Positions 1-4,669 of a DNA stretch of 4,669 nt are shown here, piece after piece. The DNA comes from a virus (Duplodnaviria > Heunggongvirae > Uroviricota > Caudoviricetes). How positions within the stretch are numbered: the first letter of the stretch is position 1; every line of letters starts with the position of its first letter. The notes below the pieces were generated by a model that had not been told where the DNA came from, searched no databases, and worked only from the letters and a program-made list of their open reading frames with translations. Position numbers and translations under genes: made by a program. The stretch is from IMG/VR virus record IMGVR_UViG_2565956719_000007. The stretch is one strand, 5' to 3'.

Positions 1-51
1 GCAGAAAAAGCTTATTATGCTTCCATCGGAAACGATGATCTGGCAGCCTGA
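1..51 (+). CDS. IS3-family transposase OrfB, C-terminal fragment (start lies upstream of the window)
   Basis: Frame 1 is open from the window edge and translates to AEKAYYASIGNDDLAA before TGA at 49-51, immediately upstream of the terminal inverted repeat. Confidence 0.7.
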   Translation, partial: AEKAYYASIGNDDLAA

Positions 52-68
52 GTTCACAGATAAAACAC

Positions 69-93
69 TCTCCAGGAAACCCGGGGCGGTTCA
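69..93. repeat. Terminal inverted repeat (right end) of the left IS copy
   Basis: TCTCCAGGAAACCCGGGGCGGTTCA matches the reverse complement of 4576-4600 at 23 of 25 positions (9 identical, 2 mismatches AA/TT, 14 identical). A 14-mer inverted match is not expected by chance in 4.7 kb. Confidence 0.85.
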
Positions 94-602
94 CTGTTAA
101 CACTGCCACTGTTGGGCAACTTCAGAACCACTGTCTCACCGCATTATCTCAAGGCGCAACTGAATTAAATATCCATATATCAAGTCAGGGAGGGGAAACT
201 GCTGCTGGCTTTACTGCGTATAACTTTCTTAAGTCACTCCCTGTTACCGTTAGAACTCACAACATAAGCAATGTTGAATCCATAGCTAATATCGTTTTCC
301 TGGCTGGCTCAGAACGTTTCGCAAACCCATTATCAAGATTCCTGTTACATCCTCTATTATGGTGCTTTGCCTCCCCAGCCGCCGACCATGCCAGATTGAG
401 AGAGTACGGGAAATGCCTCGATAACGATCTTGATCGCTTCGTTGAGACGTTCAATATCGACATCGGAACCCATATTAGGTGGGCATCCCTGATAGCAGAC
501 TCGACCATTTTGGATGCTAACAAGGCTCTTGAGCATGGCATAATTAATTCCATAAAAACTGCAAGGCTGGCATCCAATCAGGCAAACTGGTGGGTTGTTT
601 GA
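94..602 (+). pseudogene. ClpP-family (peptidase S14-like) serine protease homolog, 5'-truncated at the IS junction
   Basis: This frame is open from 39 to the TGA at 600-602 but has no ATG/GTG/TTG before 396, and everything left of 94 is IS sequence. By eye it aligns with E. coli ClpP: ISSQGGETAAG to INSPGGVITAG, VESIANIVFLAGSERFANPLSRFLLHP to [46 protein letters not shown] to FLSAPEAVEYGLVDSI. Candidate catalytic Ser (in VESIA) and His (in LLHP) are retained. About 20-45 N-terminal residues appear to be missing. Confidence 0.6.
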
Positions 603-627
603 TGGGTAAATCATGATTACTCCTTAT

Positions 628-652
628 AAAAAACCCACCTGACGGTGGGTTT
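628..652. terminator. Bidirectional rho-independent terminator between convergent genes
   Basis: AAAAAA-CCCACC-TGAC-GGTGGG-TTT: a 6-bp GC-rich stem with a 4-nt loop, an A-run on one side and a T-run on the other. It sits between the + strand stop at 600-602 and the minus-strand stop at 651-653. Confidence 0.6.
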
Positions 653-1100
653 AGTCAAACATAGTGTTTCTAAAGTCTCTCGCATACCCTGCTAACACTC
701 TCATTCTATTATGATTGTTAGCAGACATGTGAGCTACAGGATGAAAAAGAGCAATCAATGAATACCTGTTCTCATCAAAAAGATTTTGTGCATAAACGAG
801 AGCGGTATTGGATGTTTTATGCCACTGCAACTTTTGCGGTGTGCTGATATCTGTGCCATTTTTTATTGGCTCAAATTTATTTTCACCAATTGCTAAATGA
901 AGGTGCATAAGGCCTGCATCTTCAATATCAGGAGGTCGATGATAAGAGGTGTCTCTGCCAAAATAGCTGGGCAACGTTCCCGTAGACTTGTAGATGATAA
1001 AATCATCTACAAGTGTTTGTTTTAAATCAGGAAACTCAACAAAAACCGGGGAGAAAAAATAGTCAAAACTATCCTGATTATATTCCACGGTTACTTGCAT
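651..1100 (-). CDS. YafO-family-like toxin (putative ribosome-dependent mRNA interferase), 149 aa
   Basis: ATG at 1100 is preceded by GAGGT with 5-nt spacing, and that SD overlaps the upstream gene's TGA stop. From memory of E. coli YafO the protein shares motifs: IIYKSTGTLPSYFGRDTSY with ISYKRDGVLPDTFGRD, MHLHLA with HIHLA, LQWHKTS with LRQWSKTS, and a similar length. Family assignment is unverified. Confidence 0.55.
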   Translation of the reverse strand: MQVTVEYNQDSFDYFFSPVFVEFPDLKQTLVDDFIIYKSTGTLPSYFGRDTSYHRPPDIEDAGLMHLHLAIGENKFEPIKNGTDISTPQKLQWHKTSNTALVYAQNLFDENRYSLIALFHPVAHMSANNHNRMRVLAGYARDFRNTMFD

Positions 1101-1108
1101 GTTTTACC

Positions 1109-1675
1109 TCAGTGGAAGTTACCAGAGTGAAACACACGAGTCCCGTGCTCAGCAAGCGCACGCAAACCAGCCATATCTACGGAACTATCAAAAACAACCG
1201 GAACACATGAGCGTTGTTTAATAAGACTATTCAGGTTGGTTACGGCAGATCTGGCATCAGCAACAACGATATAGATATCTCTTGCGATCTCTTTAAAATC
1301 AGCAGAAGCTTCTTTGAATACCGATTTCATTGCCCCTTCAAGTCCTCTCAATTGATGCTCTATCAATCGAGACTTTTCTGGTTCAATGATAGACAACACA
1401 TTGTCTACATTCTCATCGGTAGCGTTTGCAAGAACACGATAAGCGTATTTCAGCATTCGAGACAATTCTTTAATCGAAGACACCGCCTCATGAAGCTCAT
1501 CATTAGCCCGTTCACTGCTGAATGAGGATTGATGGTAAGCGTGCTGAACGTTATCAGTAACAACCACCTCACAACTGAACGCAGAAGCTTGCTGTAATAG
1601 CAAACCTATTGCGACTCCAGCTTTGGCAGCGTTCAAGCTAAACATTTCATCAATCCCATTAGTCTCATTGCTCAT
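1109..1675 (-). CDS. Hypothetical 188-aa protein, first gene of the operon; candidate antitoxin or partner of the YafO-like protein, no recognisable domain
   Basis: ATG at 1675 is preceded by AAGGAGGT with 5-nt spacing, so I prefer it to the TTG at 1705 used by the ORF track. Its stop at 1109-1111 lies 8 nt from the next start. The protein is acidic and probably helical, with no HTH or nucleotide-binding motif evident by eye. Confidence 0.7.
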   Translation of the reverse strand: MSNETNGIDEMFSLNAAKAGVAIGLLLQQASAFSCEVVVTDNVQHAYHQSSFSSERANDELHEAVSSIKELSRMLKYAYRVLANATDENVDNVLSIIEPEKSRLIEHQLRGLEGAMKSVFKEASADFKEIARDIYIVVADARSAVTNLNSLIKQRSCVPVVFDSSVDMAGLRALAEHGTRVFHSGNFH

Positions 1676-1850
1676 ACAAACCTCCTTCTTATCGGAGATT
1701 ATCAATAGCTATGCATCCATTGAATACACGCTATGCGCAATAAGTTTACGTCACGTGATATCATTATGCAACCACCGTTCTATCACCGACTAACTTTACT
1801 CCCACTCCTATACATCATCTGGTATCCTGCGCAAAACTAAGGAGGTTGGT
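1676..1850. promoter_or_regulatory. Divergent intergenic control region between the minus-strand operon and the + strand membrane-protein gene
   Basis: A 175-bp AT-rich gap between divergent starts. On the minus strand a candidate sigma70 promoter is TTGCAT (1771-1766), a 17-nt spacer, then TAAACT (1748-1743). The spacer holds two overlapping 8-bp palindromes, TCACGTGA (1751-1758) and TGATATCA (1756-1763). On the + strand a possible extended -10 TGgTATCCT lies at 1820-1828, before the SD at 1839-1845. Promoter calls are weak matches. Confidence 0.4.
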
Positions 1851-2201
1851 GTGAATGCTCAGTCTGTCATCATGGTTTTCCTTGGGCTGATTGTCGCAAA
1901 ACTATATCCAGACTGGTGGAAAGGGGCATTAGCTACTGTCGCCATCTATTTGCTTTTATCCATCGTTAAGCGATCACTCGCTGAGACCGTAAATCAAGCA
2001 AAACGTTTCTCATTTAAGAGTTTAATAAACTATGTTACTGGGCTTATTTTTTGCCTTTCAATTCTGATCGCTTCGGCTTTTTTGCCCGTATCAATAGCTA
2101 ATTTTTTTGGCGCACCATATGAGGTAGGTTATCTATTCTCTGTTTCCTGTCTTGCCATTGCTCTTCTTTACCTGTGGACGAGATCAAAGAATAAAAATTA
2201 G
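1851..2201 (+). CDS. Small integral membrane protein (116 aa, about 4 predicted TM helices); possible superinfection-exclusion or immunity-type protein
   Basis: GTG start at 1851 with AAGGAGG 5 nt upstream. Four hydrophobic stretches are visible (VIMVFLGLIVAKLY, ALATVAIYLLLSIV, GLIFCLSILIASAFLPVSIANFF, YLFSVSCLAIALLYLW) and the C-terminus is basic (RSKNKN). Function is inferred from context only. Confidence 0.7.
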   Translation: MNAQSVIMVFLGLIVAKLYPDWWKGALATVAIYLLLSIVKRSLAETVNQAKRFSFKSLINYVTGLIFCLSILIASAFLPVSIANFFGAPYEVGYLFSVSCLAIALLYLWTRSKNKN

Positions 2202-2213
2202 CCATCCGTGGCT
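2191..2213 (-). terminator. Candidate rho-independent terminator for the minus-strand transcript, overlapping the 3' end of the convergent membrane-protein gene
   Basis: On the minus strand AGCCA-CGGA-TGGCT (5-bp stem) is followed by AATTTTTAT, 6 nt after the TAA stop of the 670-aa gene. The stem is short. Confidence 0.3.
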
Positions 2214-2218
2214 GCCAG

Positions 2219-4231
2219 TTATTGAGCTTCTTTTTGTGATGCCTGTGCGACTCTGGTGAGCGATTGTGTGACCGTACTGATCGCTCTGTCATATGCTGTG
2301 CTACCTTTTGGCGTATTTGCCAGACGTAACAAGGCATTTCGTATAACAGGGCTTTCGTATGCCTTCGCAGCTCCTCCTACGACACCAGCAGCAGGAACAA
2401 CAAACGCAGCCGTTTTTAGCATCCCCGCTAATACTGCTGCGTTTATGATGCCACCACCAACTAACAATCCATAAAGCTGCTGACCATTTAAGTTTTGAAC
2501 GTTCGCTTTTGCCGCGTGTCTTGTATCGTTGAGGTATTTAATAACGCCGTCCAGTTCCTTTCCATGTACGCCTTTAAAGAAAGTTGCTGATTGCTTCCTG
2601 TTCCGGTGTAACGCATTAATAAACTTTTCAACACTAATATTTCCAGACGGATCAGTCGCCTTATCTACAGCATTCTGAACTATGGCTGCTCGTGCGTTTT
2701 GCCTACCATTGTCATCCAGAAGCCTGTAAAGCTGAGAACGTTCTGATGGGTTTTGGCTAAAAACGAGTTTTGTTACATCCTCAGGTGTAGCCTTGCCGCT
2801 GGCTATTGCCTTTTGAACGCGCGTTCTTCCCATCATGTCATTGAATCTAGCCCATGAGCGATCAACCCTAGACATATTGGCAGCTTCTTCTGAGCCTAGT
2901 TTTTGGGATACTGCTTTTTTCATATCCGCTGTATATGCCTTGTAGACAATATCGCTGGCTTTCTGGAGCGTGTCTTTATCAACAGTCTCGTTTGAATTCA
3001 TGAACCGCTTTCGAAGGTCAGTTCTGTTTTCTCTCGCCAGACGCAGGTCATTGGGTCCGCTGGTGATATCGTCTTTAAATTGCTGCAAGACTTTTACCGC
3101 GGCTCTATCCTGAGATTTGCCCGGGCGGCTTAACACGGCAATCTGATTGTCGATAGCTTTTACCGTGTTTGAGAGATCGACAGGGGTATCCCCCATAGCG
3201 TCAATTATGCGGTTATATCGCTTTCCTGCTGCCTCAATGAATTTTTGTTGCCCTTTAGTCGCAGATTCATAAAGCTGTTTATCAGAAATGCCACCCAGAC
3301 CATCGCTAAATGTTCTGACTAAATTTTCTCGTGCTTGTTGTTGATTCAGCCGATTCTTACCGGTTCCAAAAAAAGGAACTCTTTCGCCTAATGTCTGAGC
3401 CTGACTCTGCATAAAGGTTTTATCTTTCAGCGTGTCACTGGTCATTAACGGCAGGTTTCTTTCCGACGCAAAATCGACAGCAGCCTTTGCTTCCGGTGAC
3501 ATCTCACCGCGAACAGCCCTGGAAACCGCACTAACTGTATTTTCCAGCCCCTTGCCAACACCACCAATGCCAGCAGAAATTACCGTTTGTGCAGGATCAA
3601 TATCTTCTCCGCCAGCAAGGCTGGTGCCACCCTGTAGTGCTAAATCTGTAGCAGCTGATTTCCCTATGGCACCAAGCACCGTTCCAGCCCTGCCCGCTGG
3701 TGTGAACGCTAACGCATTAGCAAGAAACGAAGTCAGGTCTTGCGGTGATAAACCTGGCTTGTTCAGGGCATAATCACCGGATGGCAGGGAAACGATAGTG
3801 TTACCCTTCTCATCCTGCCTTAATTTCGCCCCCATACTCTGAAGAATCTTTTCCTGAGACGCGTCGGAGCCGAAAAGTTGAGACCATCCAGCCTTCAGGG
3901 CATCCATGCTTAGTGAGTTCAACTCAGGGGCAGCCCCAACATTTTGCAGTCTCTCCATTTCTGGTGTCATTCGGCTTTCACCGGTAACGGCATCGCGCAT
4001 TGCAGCACCTAAAACAGCCCCTTGCTCAGCAGAGCGATCTAGTCCTTCCTTCTGCTGAGTGGCAAGCTGTGCATATCCTGATGCAAGTGAGTTGTCTGCT
4101 GGCGATTGCTGAACACCTTGTTGTGTTGGCGCTGACTGACCAGCAAAATACTCATCAATGGCGGACCCAATATCTTCCGTGCTCGTACCATCAGGAAAGG
4201 TAAATGTCTTACCATTTGCAGTTACTTTCAT
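2219..4231 (-). CDS. Large 670-aa protein, probably a phage DNA-ejection (injection) protein of P22-like podoviruses, gp16/gp20-like
   Basis: A 2 kb ORF with ATGATGA at its start overlapping the upstream gene's TGA. The second ATG (4231) is chosen because GGTGG lies 4 nt upstream of it. The protein is Ala/Gly/Gln/Ser-rich with a about 40-residue hydrophobic segment near the C-terminus (LYGLLVGGGIINAAVLAGMLKTAAFVVPAAGVVGGAAKAY). The N-terminus MKVTANGKTF..PDG.S.EDIG.AIDEYF resembles my recollection of P22-like ejection proteins. It is certainly a real gene; the product call is tentative. Confidence 0.5.
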   Translation of the reverse strand: MKVTANGKTFTFPDGTSTEDIGSAIDEYFAGQSAPTQQGVQQSPADNSLASGYAQLATQQKEGLDRSAEQGAVLGAAMRDAVTGESRMTPEMERLQNVGAAPELNSLSMDALKAGWSQLFGSDASQEKILQSMGAKLRQDEKGNTIVSLPSGDYALNKPGLSPQDLTSFLANALAFTPAGRAGTVLGAIGKSAATDLALQGGTSLAGGEDIDPAQTVISAGIGGVGKGLENTVSAVSRAVRGEMSPEAKAAVDFASERNLPLMTSDTLKDKTFMQSQAQTLGERVPFFGTGKNRLNQQQARENLVRTFSDGLGGISDKQLYESATKGQQKFIEAAGKRYNRIIDAMGDTPVDLSNTVKAIDNQIAVLSRPGKSQDRAAVKVLQQFKDDITSGPNDLRLARENRTDLRKRFMNSNETVDKDTLQKASDIVYKAYTADMKKAVSQKLGSEEAANMSRVDRSWARFNDMMGRTRVQKAIASGKATPEDVTKLVFSQNPSERSQLYRLLDDNGRQNARAAIVQNAVDKATDPSGNISVEKFINALHRNRKQSATFFKGVHGKELDGVIKYLNDTRHAAKANVQNLNGQQLYGLLVGGGIINAAVLAGMLKTAAFVVPAAGVVGGAAKAYESPVIRNALLRLANTPKGSTAYDRAISTVTQSLTRVAQASQKEAQ

Positions 4232-4575
4232 CATTCCACCGTAAATTGAATGCCTGATTTTGACGTGTAGCTACCTCCTGCTGATTGCTGAGTAGCTGGC
4301 TGTTGCCTTGATGATTTCTTCCCGCCATTACCAACATTAACGTTATATTGCTGGTTGTAATTGTCGGTATATTGCTGAATGTCGCGCATTGATTGTTGCA
4401 GCGCTTCAGGACTTGAGAAATCAGGCTTTGGCATACCCTGAAAATACCTATTGGCCTCTGCTTCGGTGTTGATGCCAGATGCCCCCATATCTCGGGCTGC
4501 TGCAATCCCCTGATTTTGCATTTTGCCCATGATTCGCTGTGCAGCGTTGTATAGCCTCCTCTCCTCAACACCAGA
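4231..4575 (-). pseudogene. Upstream ejection-protein-like gene, 5'-truncated by the IS insertion (C-terminal 114 codons remain); translationally coupled to the 670-aa gene
   Basis: The frame is open from the IS junction to the TGA at 4233-4231 and ends ...[19 protein letters not shown]. The part of the track ORF beyond 4575 is IS sequence with only a TTG at the window edge. Internal ATGs at 4528 and 4519 lack a convincing SD. Confidence 0.5.
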
Positions 4576-4600
4576 TGAACCGCCCCGGGAATCCTGGAGA
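4576..4600. repeat. Terminal inverted repeat (left end) of the right IS copy
   Basis: TGAACCGCCCCGGGAATCCTGGAGA is the inverted partner of 69-93 and begins with the TG dinucleotide typical of IS3-family ends. Confidence 0.85.
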
Positions 4601-4629
4601 CTAAACTTCCTGAGAAAGAGGTAAACAGG

Positions 4630-4669
4630 ATGACTAAAAATACTCGTTTTTCCCCCGAAGTCCGTCAAC
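4630..4669 (+). CDS. IS3-family transposase OrfA, N-terminal fragment (continues beyond the window)
   Basis: ATG at 4630 with a canonical SD; translation is [13 protein letters not shown]. It was missed by the ORF track because it runs off the window edge. Confidence 0.8.
   Translation, partial: MTKNTRFSPEVRQ

Larger units (their letters stand above)
1..93 (+). mobile_element. 3' terminus of an IS3-family insertion sequence (IS629/IS1203-like by recollection): end of transposase orfB plus right terminal inverted repeat, element ending ...GGTTCA at 93
   Basis: Frame 1 reads AEKAYYASIGNDDLAA then TGA (49-51), which I recognise as an IS3-group OrfB C-terminus. Positions 69-93 are an imperfect inverted copy of 4576-4600, and the element ends with the CA dinucleotide typical of IS3-family termini. 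The family name is from memory, not a search. Confidence 0.75.
4576..4669 (+). mobile_element. 5' terminus of an IS3-family insertion sequence (IS629/IS1203-like by recollection): left inverted repeat, RBS and start of orfA
   Basis: The inverted repeat at 4576-4600 is followed by AAGAGGT (4616-4622), a 7-nt spacer and ATG at 4630, which opens [14 protein letters not shown] recognise this as the N-terminus of an IS3-group OrfA. It has the same orientation as the left copy. Confidence 0.8.

Noticed and set aside
16-602. ClpP-like gene with an N-terminus in frame 2 (MLPSETMIWQPEF...) joined by a frameshift at the GGGG run around 83-86
   Set aside because: Positions 1-93 are IS sequence, between the transposase stop and the element terminus. 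The apparent frame switch is the IS/target junction, not a frameshift in one gene.
396-602. 68-aa + strand ORF from a TTG start
   Set aside because: It is simply the 3' portion of the longer ClpP-like reading frame that is open from the IS junction.
257-614. Minus-strand ORFs of 106 and 85 aa antisense to the ClpP-like frame
   Set aside because: They are antisense to a frame with recognisable protease homology, have no RBS and no recognisable features.
1013-1525. Plus-strand ORFs 1013..1210 and 1214..1525
   Set aside because: They are antisense to the well-supported minus-strand operon genes and have low-complexity, off-frame-like composition.
1676-1705. Longer 198-aa version of the first operon gene starting at 1705
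   Set aside because: That start is a TTG with no SD, whereas the ATG at 1675 has a near-perfect AAGGAGGT 5 nt upstream.
2098-4203. ORFs 2098..2337 (-), 2256..2474 (+), 3432..3773 (+) and 4000..4203 (+)
   Set aside because: They overlap the membrane-protein or 670-aa genes out of frame or antisense; the Pro/Ala-rich translations are typical of antisense reads of a GC-richer gene.
4527-4570. Polypurine tract GAGGAGAGGAGG on the minus strand as an RBS for the internal ATG at 4528
   Set aside because: The spacing to the ATG is about 24 nt, too long for a Shine-Dalgarno interaction; the tract is more likely just coding sequence (EERR).
4209-4571. 120-aa minus-strand ORF overlapping the upstream ejection-like gene in another frame
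   Set aside because: It is fully nested in a better-supported frame, its composition is Cys/Trp/Arg-rich as expected of an off-frame read, and it has no RBS.
69-4600. Inverted repeats flanking a 4.5 kb segment as a site-specific invertible region (Gin/Hin-type switch)
   Set aside because: The sequences just outside the repeats encode a transposase OrfB C-terminus and an OrfA start with RBS, so these are IS termini of two separate copies. Modelling an inversion gives no sensible in-frame fusions.
4576-4668. N-terminal part of the track ORF 4231..4668 ([18 protein letters not shown]...)
   Set aside because: It lies on the antisense strand of the IS left end, and its start is only a TTG at the window edge. 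It is an open frame by chance, not part of the ejection-like gene.
1-4669. CRISPR arrays, tRNA or rRNA genes, and tandem repeats
   Set aside because: No regularly spaced direct repeats, no tRNA-like cloverleaf candidates and no rRNA-like conserved stretches were seen on either strand.

Overview
The window is a 4.48 kb segment (94..4575) bracketed by the inward-facing ends of two IS3-family insertion sequences in the same orientation. Positions 1..93 carry the last codons of a transposase orfB and the right terminal inverted repeat; 4576..4669 carry the left terminal inverted repeat, a ribosome-binding site and the first 13 codons of orfA. Both genes abutting the IS ends appear decapitated: a ClpP-family protease homolog (+, 94..602) with no start codon, and the upstream member of a minus-strand phage-like gene pair (4231..4575). 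Intact content between them is a two-gene minus-strand operon (a 188-aa unknown protein followed by a 149-aa protein that resembles YafO-family toxins), a 116-aa four-helix membrane protein (+), and a 670-aa protein with a Gly/Ala-rich hydrophobic C-terminal segment that I read as a podovirus (P22-like) DNA-ejection protein. The most interesting candidate system is the 188-aa/YafO-like pair. All homology statements are from manual reading and recollection; no database search was run.
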